Part shown: one piece after another, positions 8,091-8,230 of the stretch
Layout: the number at the start of each line of letters is the position of its first letter
Position numbering within the stretch: position 1 is the first letter of the stretch
Assembly: GCF_000150275.1 (NCBI RefSeq)
Contig: NW_002061067.1
Coordinates: 5,176 to 13,405, forward strand
Direction: 5' to 3'
Source of the DNA: Trichoplax adhaerens
Lineage: Eukaryota; Animalia; Placozoa
Length of the DNA stretch: 8,230 nt
Position numbers and translations under genes: made by a program
The notes under the pieces: generated by a model
Database searches by the model: none
Seen by the model: the letters and a program-made list of their open reading frames with translations, nothing else
Told to the model about the DNA's origin: nothing

Positions 8091-8230
8091 TTACAGTTTG
8101 TTCATATAACTAGGTAGGTGGATGCATCAGTGGTAATATTCTTGCAACCATAATTTTTCTGCCTTGGATAGGAACCTTGCAAACATGTTCATTGGTTATG
8201 GTATTTTGCGACTGCCTAGTGATATTATAC

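Overview
AT-rich (about one-third GC by eye), eukaryote-like non-genic DNA with a 540-N assembly gap (3774-4313). I find no intact protein-coding gene, RNA gene or CRISPR array. The listed ORFs are short, gap artefacts, or surviving stretches of decayed transposon frames. Reading across stops and frameshifts by hand, the window looks like a transposable-element graveyard. It holds up to three decayed non-LTR retrotransposon (LINE) reverse-transcriptase relics (~70-925 +, ~1650-2365 -, ~3145-3615 +), a decayed piggyBac-like transposase on the minus strand (~4314-6157) with a candidate terminus near 6296, and a hAT-like C-terminal dimerisation-domain relic (~7984-8090 +). Directly visible are a 75/77-bp tandem duplication (2898-3049), a hierarchical repeat array with internal inverted motifs (~6982-7717), and an excess of the 7-mer TAC[A/T]GTA, which matches the Sleeping Beauty-type Tc1/mariner excision footprint. 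All TE family calls rest on manual motif recognition in very degraded sequence and need profile searches. I do not see convincing evidence of a new functional system. The best leads are the footprint signal and the structured repeat array.
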